Origin: an uncultured Spirochaetota bacterium
GTDB taxonomy: Bacteria; Spirochaetota; UBA4802; UBA5550
NCBI GenBank assembly: GCA_963827275.1
Contig: CAWHAA010000006.1
Span: 92,409-156,408, forward strand
Length of the DNA: 64,000 nt
Direction: 5' to 3'
The first letter of the stretch is position 1. Each line of letters opens with the position of its first letter. The notes below the pieces were generated by a model. It had not been told where the DNA came from. It did no database searches and saw only the letters and a list, made by a program, of their open reading frames with translations. This document shows positions 36,034 through 45,586 of the stretch, piece by piece. A program made the position numbers and the translations under genes.

Positions 36034-37593
36034 ATGAAGAATATCGTGATCGTACTGCTCTTTTTCGCGCACCTCGCGGTGATACCCTCCTGCAAGAGCA
36101 GAGGTGTCATGGAGAAGGAACCGAATAATTCATTCTCCACTGCGGGCGCGGTTACGGTGGACGCGTCGCATCTCGGGTACATGGGCGGGCCCGGCGACCG
36201 TGATTTTTACATCTACTCTTCAGAGGGCAGGGGGGCCATCGACATCCAGGTCTCGGGTGTCAAGGGGATCAACCTGGCCTTCAAAATCTGGCGCGGGGAA
36301 GAGGAGCCGCGGCTCCTGAAATATGTCGATGATAACCGGAAATCCTCACCGGAACGGCTGGCAAACCTTTCCGTGGCGCCGGGCACCTATTACATCGAGA
36401 TTCTGCAGAGCGACCGCGATGCCAAAAAACCGAACAGGGAGATCCCCTATGAATTAACGCTGAAGATGAGGGATGCTGTCTCGGAAGAATCGGAACCGAA
36501 CGACTCGAGGGACGATGCGGACACCCTGAGCGCGGATGGCGGGATTACCGGCTATTATTCACCCGCCTACAACAGGCTCAATGAGGAAGGGGACACCCTC
36601 CACCGCGAAGAGGACTGGTTCGTGCTGGATATCTCGCTGAAGCAGGATGAGACCCGGCTCCTGGACCTGTCGCTTTCAGGGGTGATCGGCATAAATTCGG
36701 TCATGGCCCTCTATGATTCAGGGGGAAACCTCCTGGCGGAAACCGATAACGGAGGTCCTGACGAGCCTGAATCGATATCAGGGGCGGGGATTAAAAAATC
36801 AGGGAGCTATTATGTCCTCGTGTGGTCAAAAGGATATACCGCCAGCCATGAAGAGCCCTATCGACTGGCCGCCACCCTCAGAGAGCACGATGCAGGGGTT
36901 GAGATCGAGCCAAACGGGGACCCCGAAAGGTGCAATGTAATTCAAAACAATATTATAACGGGACGGATCAATACAAAGGACGACATTGATATGTTTCTGT
37001 ACGAGGGAATGGACGGTCCCTCCTTTTTCAGGATTGAGCTGAAGCCTCCCGAGGACATGGACGTCATGCTGGCGATCCAGGGGAATGACCGGGAAAAGAT
37101 CACGGAATGCAATAGTGGCGGCAGGGGCAAGAAGGAAGTGTACCCGAATTATTTTGCAGCAGGAAGCTTCTATATAACAATAACGGCAAAGACAGGGGAG
37201 AAGCTCCCCGATGGCGAGTATGTGCTGACCGTTGCCCCGCTCGGCGACAGGGAGGGCCATGAGCGGGAGCCGAACAATGAAATTGCGCAGGCGGGGCAGA
37301 TCAAAGGAGCCTCCGTCACCGGTTATACCTCGTCGAGGGGCGACAAGGACTATTTCAGGATCAGCCATGATGTGCGGGTGAAGGAGCGGTTCGAGATTCG
37401 CGGACCGAAGGGCGGCGCGATCAGGGTGTCGATTACCGATCCGCTCGGTTATATCATAAAAACCATTGACGCGGTGGGCGATCGGGCCATGACGTTCAGC
37501 GAGATGATTGACAAGAAAGGCTATATTATCGTAGAGTCCATAAAAGAAGATTACGATGCTCCGTATATCATATACTTCAGAGGTGCACAATGA
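36034..37593 (+). CDS. lipoprotein with four pre-peptidase C-terminal (PPC)-like repeats
   Basis: From MKNIVIVLLFFAHLAVIPSCKS (lipobox IPSC). The PPC-type E-P-N-[ND]-S/T entry motif recurs four times (KEPNNSFSTAGA, ESEPNDSRDDADTL, IEPNGDPERCN, EREPNNEIAQAGQI), about 120 aa apart. The listed 35626 start is antisense overlap with rlmD. Confidence 0.6.
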   Translation: MKNIVIVLLFFAHLAVIPSCKSRGVMEKEPNNSFSTAGAVTVDASHLGYMGGPGDRDFYIYSSEGRGAIDIQVSGVKGINLAFKIWRGEEEPRLLKYVDDNRKSSPERLANLSVAPGTYYIEILQSDRDAKKPNREIPYELTLKMRDAVSEESEPNDSRDDADTLSADGGITGYYSPAYNRLNEEGDTLHREEDWFVLDISLKQDETRLLDLSLSGVIGINSVMALYDSGGNLLAETDNGGPDEPESISGAGIKKSGSYYVLVWSKGYTASHEEPYRLAATLREHDAGVEIEPNGDPERCNVIQNNIITGRINTKDDIDMFLYEGMDGPSFFRIELKPPEDMDVMLAIQGNDREKITECNSGGRGKKEVYPNYFAAGSFYITITAKTGEKLPDGEYVLTVAPLGDREGHEREPNNEIAQAGQIKGASVTGYTSSRGDKDYFRISHDVRVKERFEIRGPKGGAIRVSITDPLGYIIKTIDAVGDRAMTFSEMIDKKGYIIVESIKEDYDAPYIIYFRGAQ

Positions 37594-38057
37594 AAAAGGC
37601 CGTGTCCCGGCTCTCGGTACTGTTATTAATATCCCTCATCGCGGGATGCGCAACAACCCCTGACGGAGGAGTTGACGCCGGCGACCCCTACAAGCGGCCT
37701 GAAAAGTATAATTTCCGCTTCGTCGGGGCCGATGCGGAGATAGACAATCCTGAAAATGACCGCCATTCCTACTACAAGGTTTTTATCGACAAGGCCGAGG
37801 AGGGAAGGACCACAACCGGGCTTGAATCACAGGCCAAGTCATACGAGGCCACGCTGCAGCCAAACCGGCACCTGATCACGGTGGAAAAGTGGGTGCTTGA
37901 CCGGAAAACGTCGAGCTATGTCAAGCTGAACAACATCGAGCAGCCGAAGCCGAATTTTTTCTATTTCGACCTGCCGGAAAACAGGGTCGTGACCATCGAC
38001 ATGAAGACAATGAAGGACGGACAGGCCGAATACAGTGTCGATTTTGAGAGGAAGTAA
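37590..38057 (+). CDS. small hypothetical lipoprotein, translationally coupled (ATGA) to the PPC-repeat gene
   Basis: MKKAVSRLSVLLLISLIAGCATTP has a lipobox LIAGC. 155 aa. Confidence 0.55.
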   Translation: MKKAVSRLSVLLLISLIAGCATTPDGGVDAGDPYKRPEKYNFRFVGADAEIDNPENDRHSYYKVFIDKAEEGRTTTGLESQAKSYEATLQPNRHLITVEKWVLDRKTSSYVKLNNIEQPKPNFFYFDLPENRVVTIDMKTMKDGQAEYSVDFERK

Positions 38058-38064
38058 CCCGCGA

Positions 38065-38083
38065 GGCGGGGCAATGCCCCGCC
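38065..38083. terminator. GC hairpin (GGCGGGGC-AAT-GCCCCGCC) between convergent genes. Candidate bidirectional terminator.
   Basis: Perfect 8-bp stem with a 3-nt loop, in the 36-bp gap between the 37590..38057(+) and 38094..39128(-) stops. The flanking U-tracts are weak. Confidence 0.45.
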
Positions 38084-38093
38084 CCCGGTTCCG

Positions 38094-39128
38094 TCAGTCG
38101 AGTATGCTGCTGTCCGGTTTTTCCTTCCGGGATACCCTGTTCTGGTAATAGCTCTTTGCGACGGCAAGGGGGAGCTCGTAATCCTGCCGCGCGTTCCACA
38201 TGATATACCCCTTGATCCCCGCGTCGTGGGCGGCCTTTACCTGGTCGTGGACATATTTTTCATAGGGGATGCCCGACATCTTCATCTTGAACGCCTGTAT
38301 GTAGGTGACGATCATGGCGTTTTTGCTTCTCTCCTTCGCCCGTACGGAGGTTTCATGCACCGTGTAGTAGGGGTCGGTATAGAACTTCTTGCTCCAGGTG
38401 TAATGTGACGGATAGGCCATGGGACAGATGATATCGGCGACCTTGTCGAGGCTCTCCATCTTCTGCCCGATGATATCGTCCCTGTTGAGGGGGATCCGTC
38501 CGAACACGTCGGCTGCGATGAGCACGTTGTATTTTTTTATCCGGGCGCGCGCCTTCAGTATGAAATCCTCTATGTATTTGTAGCGCTCGGCGTAGGTGAG
38601 GTGACGGGTGCTTCCCGAATCATTGAAGCGTATGTAGTCGAACTGTATCTCCTTGAACCCGTTTTTACAGGCGTCTTCGGCTATCGTGATCCTGTCCTCG
38701 ATGTGGCTGTCGGAGGCGGGATAGTGCCTGAGGCCGTCCGGGAACACGACGATACGGGCGATCGGATGTATTCCGTTGTCCTTGCAGTACTGGACGTTGA
38801 CGGCGGGGACCATGCACTTGACGAATTTGGCGCTCTGGACGTCAAGCACCATGGTGTTCATCCCCGCGGATTTCGCCTTTGCGACCAGCTCCTTGAGCCT
38901 GGTGATATTGTTGGCGGAGGACACGGTAAGGTAAATCCCGCGGTAAAACTCGGGATAGCGGTAGTTGCTGTCTTCTGATGGGCTCCCGCTGTTTTGGGAG
39001 CTGAAAAATTGGGCGACGACGATATTGCCCTGCTGCGCTTCGTTCAATGACGTGAATATCCTGCCCGGCAGGTTGGTGACGATCAGGAAACCGGCGGTGA
39101 GCAGCAGCAACAGACAAAATTTTTTCAT
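38094..39128 (-). CDS. secreted putative glycoside-hydrolase-like TIM-barrel protein (DUF4015-like)
   Basis: 344 aa. Signal peptide. The pattern GMNTMVLDVQ...GFKEIQFDYIRF...ICPMAYPSHY resembles the GH-like family often annotated as putative glycosyl hydrolase. Assignment is by motif recall only. Confidence 0.5.
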   Translation of the reverse strand: MKKFCLLLLLTAGFLIVTNLPGRIFTSLNEAQQGNIVVAQFFSSQNSGSPSEDSNYRYPEFYRGIYLTVSSANNITRLKELVAKAKSAGMNTMVLDVQSAKFVKCMVPAVNVQYCKDNGIHPIARIVVFPDGLRHYPASDSHIEDRITIAEDACKNGFKEIQFDYIRFNDSGSTRHLTYAERYKYIEDFILKARARIKKYNVLIAADVFGRIPLNRDDIIGQKMESLDKVADIICPMAYPSHYTWSKKFYTDPYYTVHETSVRAKERSKNAMIVTYIQAFKMKMSGIPYEKYVHDQVKAAHDAGIKGYIMWNARQDYELPLAVAKSYYQNRVSRKEKPDSSILD

Positions 39129-39594
39129 AAGGACCTCGGAATAGTAAATTTGAAGGATAGAAAAGCTTCTGCAGTGAAATAATAAAAGTATTATTTTACA
39201 TCAAACATGGTTTTTTCATTTTAAATGATACTATTCACACCACTGGCGTTCCGGTGATGAACACAGGTTTTCCATCCTATGGTTAATATCGACATTGAGA
39301 TCGGAATATATTTATAATTATACCAATTTCGCTAATTTTTTATAAACAATTTTTAATATAAATAATAATTATTTATTTTCTGCTATTGACATGGGTATCG
39401 TTTTTTATTATCTATATTAATAATAAACAAAGTACGCAAATTGTCCGCATCACGCTGTCAAAAGGATACCTCAACGCGGATTTCAATGTACAAGTGATCC
39501 TGAACGTCAATCGGTCCAGGCTCGTTATTGATTGTATGCGACGTGCCATGAGTTTTCTTTTGTAAAAGCTAAAATTTTATTGTCACGGTGTTAC

Positions 39595-41364
39595 ATGTAT
39601 ATTCCGCCTGAAACGTTAGACCTGATCAGGGGCAAGGTTGTCATTGAGGATGTTATCAAGCGATATGTTCCCTCATTGAAAAAAAGGGGGAAAAATTACA
39701 CCGGACTGTGCCCCTTTCACAAGGAAAAGACGCCTTCATTTTCGGTCTCACCTGACAAGCAGATATTCTATTGTTTCGGCTGCCACACCGGCGGCAACAT
39801 TTTCAATTTTATATCCAGGATTGAGCGCCTCGAGTTCCCGGAGAGCGTCAGGTTCGTGGCTGACATGGTCGGGGTCGAGATCGCGCCGGAAAACCGGGCG
39901 GAATCGGACGCCCTGGAAGCGCTCCACCGCCTGAACCGAGGCGCGATGGAGCTGTACCATGCGCATATAAAGAGCCCCGCTGGCAGGAAGGGGCTTGCAT
40001 ACATTACGGGACGGGGAGTTACCATAGAGAGCATAAATGACTTCAAGATAGGATATGCTCCCGATTCCTGGGATTTCCTTGTCCGCGGCCTGGTCAAATC
40101 GGCACGGGACCGGGAGCAGGCGGAACGCATGGGGCTTATCAAGCTGAGCCAGAAACGCGCGAACAGCTATTACGACGTCTTCCGGGACAGGGTCATGTTT
40201 CCCATCATGGACCTGGGCGGCAACGTAGTCGGTTTCGGCGGCAGGACCATAGGCGATGACCCCCGCAAGTATCTCAATTCGTCGGAATCGGAGGTCTTTA
40301 AAAAGCGGAACATCCTGTACGGCCTCAACCGCGCGAGGGACTCGATACGGGAGCTCGACCGCGCCATTGTGGTGGAAGGCTACCTTGACGTCATCGGGTG
40401 CCATCAGGCGGGGATCACGAATGTCATCGCGCCGCTGGGCACCGCCATGACAACCGACCAGATTAAAATGCTCGGCCATTTCTGCACCGAGATCATATTC
40501 CTGTTCGACGCCGATTCAGCCGGCCTGAAGGCCGCCGTTCGGTCGCTGGACCTGTCCGAGGAGACGAACCTGAATATCAGGATCGGCATGCTGCCGAAGG
40601 GGGACCCGTTCGATTTTATACTGGCGAAGGGGCCCCGGGAGTTCATGGCGGTCGTGGATACCTCGATGCGGCCGACCGATTTCAGGATCGCGCGGATCAT
40701 GGACAATATAGGCACGCTCGGCCGGGCCGGCGCTCTGATGCAGATATTCGGGGTGATTCGGGACATGCGTCTTGAAACCGAGCGGAGTGAGTATCTCAAG
40801 AAGACAAGCGCGTTGCTCAATGTCGATGAAAATTCAGTGCGGGCTGACTTCAGGAGCTACCTGAAGAACCAGCAGCCGGCGATGGTAAAAAATGAACAGT
40901 CTAAGATAAACGACCAGGTAGATGTCATGGCGAGGGGCTTCAGGGACCTGGTCCGGTTGATATGTAATTATCCGGAGCTGCTAAAAAAAGCGGTCATCGA
41001 TTTCCCGGCAAGCGAGATACCGGACCAGCTCGCGAGAAATATATTGCAAAAAATGTACGAATTGCACCAGGAAAACAGTGAATTTTTAATAGATAAAATA
41101 TTTGACTTTTTCAATCATGGCCCGGAAATGGATTTTTTGAATCAGGCCATAAACGGCGAGTTTACGGTGGAGAATCCGGGATCGGCCTACACTGAAATTT
41201 ATCTTAAGATGAAAGTGTACGCGATTGACGATAAAATTAATAAATATGACGCATTATTGAAATCAACACCCGGCGTTAATTCCAACATCTATTTGACCGA
41301 GATCGAGGTCTTGAGAAGAGAAAAGGAGAAGCTGTTGCATTTTGTGTACAACAAGGTGTCCTGA
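39595..41364 (+). CDS. dnaG: DNA primase
   Basis: CHC2 zinc finger CPFHKEKTPSFSVSPDKQIFYCFGCHTGG. TOPRIM motifs (EGYLDV..., DADSAG). It lies upstream of rpoD, the conserved macromolecular-synthesis arrangement. The start is chosen at MYIPPETLDLIRGKV. Confidence 0.9.
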   Translation: MYIPPETLDLIRGKVVIEDVIKRYVPSLKKRGKNYTGLCPFHKEKTPSFSVSPDKQIFYCFGCHTGGNIFNFISRIERLEFPESVRFVADMVGVEIAPENRAESDALEALHRLNRGAMELYHAHIKSPAGRKGLAYITGRGVTIESINDFKIGYAPDSWDFLVRGLVKSARDREQAERMGLIKLSQKRANSYYDVFRDRVMFPIMDLGGNVVGFGGRTIGDDPRKYLNSSESEVFKKRNILYGLNRARDSIRELDRAIVVEGYLDVIGCHQAGITNVIAPLGTAMTTDQIKMLGHFCTEIIFLFDADSAGLKAAVRSLDLSEETNLNIRIGMLPKGDPFDFILAKGPREFMAVVDTSMRPTDFRIARIMDNIGTLGRAGALMQIFGVIRDMRLETERSEYLKKTSALLNVDENSVRADFRSYLKNQQPAMVKNEQSKINDQVDVMARGFRDLVRLICNYPELLKKAVIDFPASEIPDQLARNILQKMYELHQENSEFLIDKIFDFFNHGPEMDFLNQAINGEFTVENPGSAYTEIYLKMKVYAIDDKINKYDALLKSTPGVNSNIYLTEIEVLRREKEKLLHFVYNKVS

Positions 41365-41448
41365 CCACGGTCCGGGCGTGCAACGGCGGGAATTCCCGGG
41401 AAGCGAATATCTATACATTACAAACATTATAAAGGATAGGTCCGCAGC

Positions 41449-43218
41449 ATGAGCAAGAAAGAGATGACACTGGATGCCGTCCCCGAAGTGAAGAAACTGA
41501 TCGAGATCGGGAAGCTGAACGGCGAGGTGACGTATGACGAGATCAACGACATTCTTCCGGACAAGCTGCTAAACTCCGAAAAGATCGACGACGTGTTTAT
41601 CCTTCTGAACCAGATGGGCATCGAGGTCGTGGAGGAATCCACCAGGAAGGACCAGTCGCTGCCCGGCGTCAGAAAGAAGAGCGGGACTGCCGCGAAGAAA
41701 AGCCTTTCCACGCAGACAGAAACATCCCATGTCGACGACCCCATCCGCCTCTACCTGAAGGAGATCGGCAAGGTGTCGCTTCTCTCGGGAGACCAGGAGG
41801 TCGATCTCGCCAAGCGTATTGAGGACGGTGAGATCTTAATAGAGGAAACGGTCTACAACTCAACACTTCTTGTCAATGACCTCATCAAAAACTACTCGAA
41901 GATAAAGAGCGGCAAGATAAAGCTGACCGACGTGCTCAAGGTGAACAGGCTCTATTATTTTTCATCGGTCGACCTTGACAAGCTCGAGAAAAAGTTCCAC
42001 GAGACCATGAAGGTCATCATAGAAGATGACAACAAGATGATCCAGTTCGGGAACAAGCTCAAGAAGGTGGACCCGGAATCCAAGAAGGCGGAGGAATTCA
42101 AGGAGAAGATCGACGCGTCCAGGACGAACATCCGCAAGACGATACGGAACCTGGACATCAACGACAACGAGATCAACAAGCTCTCCGCGAAGATCAAGTC
42201 CATGGTGGCGCGCATACAGGAGACCTACGAGTTCTTCGAGGAAATCGAGAAGGACTTCCACCGCGACCTTAAAGAGCTGAAACACCTTGCGCGCAAGCTT
42301 GAAAAGGGCGAAAGCATCACGAAGATATGCAAGGAACTGGGCATCAAGAACAAGGACGGCCTTCTTGAGGTCATTAAGAACGTTCGCAACAACGAGCGGA
42401 AGATACGGCGGATAGAGCAGGAGGCGGGGGCGACCGCCGACGATATAATGGACTGGGGCAAGCAGATAAACACCGGCCAGAAGAAGATTTCGATGGCCAA
42501 GAAAGAGCTTATCAACGCGAACCTACGCCTTGTCGTGTCCATCGCCAAGAAGTACGCGAACCGCGGTATGCACTTCTTCGACCTGATACAGGAAGGCAAC
42601 ATCGGCCTCATCAAGGCGGTCGACAAGTTCGAATACAAGAAGGGGTATAAATTCTCGACCTACGCGACCTGGTGGATACGCCAGGCCATCACACGCGCCA
42701 TCTCCGACCAGGCGCGGACCATACGGGTCCCGGTGCACATGATCGAGCAGATCAACAAGGTGATGCGAGAGACGCGCCTCTTCCAGCAGGAGTTCGGCCG
42801 CGAGCCGTCGCCCGAGGAGCTCTCCGACCGGCTCGGGTGGGTCGTCGGCAAGGTCAAGGCGGTCAAAAACGTGGCGCGGGAGCCGATCTCCCTTGAAACG
42901 CCGGTCGGCGAGGAGGAGGATTCGCTCCTCGGCGACTTCATCGAGGACAAGGAGGTTGATTCACCGGCCAACACCGCCGCCTACCGCCTTCTCTCAGAGC
43001 AGATCAACGCTGTCCTGTCGACCCTTCCCGCGCGGGAGCAAAAGGTCATCAGGATGCGCTTCGGCCTTGACGACGGGTACTCGCACACCCTCGAGGAGGT
43101 GGGCTACGTGTTCAAGGTCACCAGGGAGCGCATCCGGCAGATCGAGGCAAAGGCCCTGCGGCGCCTGCGCCATCCGACCCGCGCGCGCAAATTAAAGGAC
43201 TACCTCGACCACGTATAG
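41449..43218 (+). CDS. rpoD: RNA polymerase sigma factor sigma-70 (RpoD)
   Basis: 589 aa. Region 1.1, region 2 ([38 protein letters not shown]..., [14 protein letters not shown]), region 3 and region 4 ([30 protein letters not shown]). Confidence 0.95.
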   Translation: MSKKEMTLDAVPEVKKLIEIGKLNGEVTYDEINDILPDKLLNSEKIDDVFILLNQMGIEVVEESTRKDQSLPGVRKKSGTAAKKSLSTQTETSHVDDPIRLYLKEIGKVSLLSGDQEVDLAKRIEDGEILIEETVYNSTLLVNDLIKNYSKIKSGKIKLTDVLKVNRLYYFSSVDLDKLEKKFHETMKVIIEDDNKMIQFGNKLKKVDPESKKAEEFKEKIDASRTNIRKTIRNLDINDNEINKLSAKIKSMVARIQETYEFFEEIEKDFHRDLKELKHLARKLEKGESITKICKELGIKNKDGLLEVIKNVRNNERKIRRIEQEAGATADDIMDWGKQINTGQKKISMAKKELINANLRLVVSIAKKYANRGMHFFDLIQEGNIGLIKAVDKFEYKKGYKFSTYATWWIRQAITRAISDQARTIRVPVHMIEQINKVMRETRLFQQEFGREPSPEELSDRLGWVVGKVKAVKNVAREPISLETPVGEEEDSLLGDFIEDKEVDSPANTAAYRLLSEQINAVLSTLPAREQKVIRMRFGLDDGYSHTLEEVGYVFKVTRERIRQIEAKALRRLRHPTRARKLKDYLDHV

Positions 43219-43276
43219 GCCGGCACGGTACCGGGACGGCTGCACGTGACGGCACACTCCATAGCACGGTGACGAA

Positions 43277-45580
43277 ATGCGCCAGATAAAGAGAGTTTCG
43301 ATTATCGGTGCGGGTTCGTGGGGCACCGCTGTTGCCAAATCGATCGCGGAATCAAAGCCGCACCTTGCCGTTGTCATGTGGGCCTATGAGCGCCCCGTGG
43401 CCGCTTCAATCAATTCATCTCATGAGAACGCCGAGTTCCTTCCCGGGACGCAGCTTCCCGCGTCAATAACCGCAACGAACGACCTCGAGGAGGCGGTCAA
43501 AGGAACGGATGTCGTCATCCTTGCTACGCCCTCGAAGGCGGCGTACGATGTATGCCGTAAAATGGCGAAGCACGTAACGGGCGAGATGTACGTCGGCTTC
43601 CTGACCAAGGGCTTCTGCAAGATAGACGGGCAGGTGCTGACAATATCACAGGCGATGGAGAGGGCCATGCCCCGGACCGCGGGGAGGATCGTCGCCATCT
43701 CGGGACCGAGCCACGCCGAAGAGGTGTGCCGGCGGTTCCATACCTGCCTGAACGCCGGGAGCGAATCGGAGGAGGCCAGGACCGTCATCGCGGGGCTCCT
43801 TACATCGGAATGGGTCCAGTGCCGGACCACCGCGGACATACGCGCCGTGGAGGTGGGCGGGACGCTGAAAAACCCCGCGGCCATCGCGGCCGGCATGATC
43901 AGCGCACTGCCGCGGTGCGGCGACAACCTGGCGGGCGCCCTCATCTCGGAGGCGCTCAAGGAGATGGTGCGGCTCGGCAGGGTGTTCGGCATCAGCGAGG
44001 ACGGCATGATCGACATCTCGGGTCTCGGCGACCTTGTCGCAACGGCCCTGAGCCAGCACAGCAGGAACCGCAGGTTCGGCAGGGACATCGCCGGCCAGAT
44101 CATGACAAAGGGGAACGCACTCAATCTCTGGGACCGGATTGTGCTGCGGGTCAGGCCGTACAGCGTGATCGAGCGGATGGGCGGGAAATTCCACTACCTC
44201 GCCGAAGGCGCCTATGCGATCGAGCCGCTGATCGAGCTGGCTGAAAAAGAAAAAATATCAATACCGGTCTACCGCGCACTCTACGAGGTGCTGTTGAACA
44301 AGAAGGACCCATCGCTCCTCATCGAGACCATAAAGAACCCGGAGCGGTTCAACGAGCTGTTTTTCAGCACGAAGATACAGATTGCCGGCAGGAAGAGGGG
44401 CCTTGAGACGATCAAGGGCAAAGCGTTCAGGGAGCACATCATCGCCATGACGATGGAGCGCTTCGTCGCGAAAAAGAATGACGGATTGCTGCCATACGGC
44501 ACGGGCGACGTGATACACGCCCTCGCTGATTCCCTCCGGAAGCAGGGGATCACCGGCGCGGAGGCGGCGATTATCCGCGGCATGAACAGCGATAACTACG
44601 GTGATTCAATCAGCCGGCTTGCGGGCATGTATATCGATGATATCGCCGACAGCTACAGCACCTGGTTCAAGTGGCTCTGCCTCATCGGGTTTGCGTTTTC
44701 CCGCATCGGCTCACTGTTCATGAAAAGAACGAACGGGCTCGTCGTTTCGGGTCCGCTGGATGAAATACGCAGGGTCGGCAGACAGGTTACCATCCTGTAC
44801 GCTGCGCCGTTCCAGGACCGGCGCGATGCTATGTTCGCCGCTATGTCAATCGCGCGCTCGCGGCTGCCGTTTCCGCGCTTTCAGGTTGACGCAGGGCTCG
44901 GGGCGCGTGAACGGTTGCTGCTGAAGAGGTGCGGGGGGTTCACCATCGACAGGAATAAGCTCGACAACATGGTATACCGTGAAACGCTGGTGCAGTACCT
45001 TTCCACCATGGCGGGACACGGTGTCCCGGTGCTTTCCATGCTCCCCATCGGGACGGAAGCCACGGCGCAGGGCGAACGCAATGTCCTTGTCTCTGCCATA
45101 ACCGAATGCATGTACCGGCATGCTGCCGAACTGGCCCTGGTCCCGTTCGGCGTATCCTATCTCGGCAGGCCGGGAGACGGTGGCGCCGCTCCCTCGTTCA
45201 GGGACCTCCTGTCCGCTACCGCATGGGTCAATTTCTCAAAACCGATCCGGCTTTCCGAATACACGAAACAACCGCATATGATGGTAGGTCTTCCCGGGAT
45301 CGTCGCCGGCATCTGGGAGAAGGAGAGAAAAATCCTGCCGCATTACCTCCTCTGCAAGGCGCTCGCGGAACATGGATTTTCCGTAAAACAGGCGGATGCT
45401 ATCGTGTTCGTGAAGAAGTACATGCGGCGTGCCGGCAGGCGATTCGATCACAACCCGACACGGACCGTCCGCAAGGGATTGGCATATCTCGAGGAGAGCG
45501 GGGTTGCCACGTCCGATGGTGTAACTATAGAGGCGGCAGACAGGGAGATGGTCAGCTACTACGCCGGCCTTGTCCCATGA
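43277..45580 (+). CDS. gpsA: NAD(P)H-dependent glycerol-3-phosphate dehydrogenase (GpsA, about 345 aa) fused to a C-terminal domain of about 420 aa of uncertain function, possibly a degenerate PlsB-like glycerol-3-phosphate acyltransferase
   Basis: N-terminus is IIGAGSWGTAVA...ATPSKA...KGF (the GpsA fold), through ...ISIPVYRALYEVL. A continuous ORF then adds 420 aa with no internal stop. The C-terminal part shows weak GPAT-like spacing (APFQDRRD / GGFTIDRN / LPIGTEATAQGER) but no HxxxxD. Confidence 0.7.
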   Translation: MRQIKRVSIIGAGSWGTAVAKSIAESKPHLAVVMWAYERPVAASINSSHENAEFLPGTQLPASITATNDLEEAVKGTDVVILATPSKAAYDVCRKMAKHVTGEMYVGFLTKGFCKIDGQVLTISQAMERAMPRTAGRIVAISGPSHAEEVCRRFHTCLNAGSESEEARTVIAGLLTSEWVQCRTTADIRAVEVGGTLKNPAAIAAGMISALPRCGDNLAGALISEALKEMVRLGRVFGISEDGMIDISGLGDLVATALSQHSRNRRFGRDIAGQIMTKGNALNLWDRIVLRVRPYSVIERMGGKFHYLAEGAYAIEPLIELAEKEKISIPVYRALYEVLLNKKDPSLLIETIKNPERFNELFFSTKIQIAGRKRGLETIKGKAFREHIIAMTMERFVAKKNDGLLPYGTGDVIHALADSLRKQGITGAEAAIIRGMNSDNYGDSISRLAGMYIDDIADSYSTWFKWLCLIGFAFSRIGSLFMKRTNGLVVSGPLDEIRRVGRQVTILYAAPFQDRRDAMFAAMSIARSRLPFPRFQVDAGLGARERLLLKRCGGFTIDRNKLDNMVYRETLVQYLSTMAGHGVPVLSMLPIGTEATAQGERNVLVSAITECMYRHAAELALVPFGVSYLGRPGDGGAAPSFRDLLSATAWVNFSKPIRLSEYTKQPHMMVGLPGIVAGIWEKERKILPHYLLCKALAEHGFSVKQADAIVFVKKYMRRAGRRFDHNPTRTVRKGLAYLEESGVATSDGVTIEAADREMVSYYAGLVP

Positions 45581-45586
45581 CGCCTG

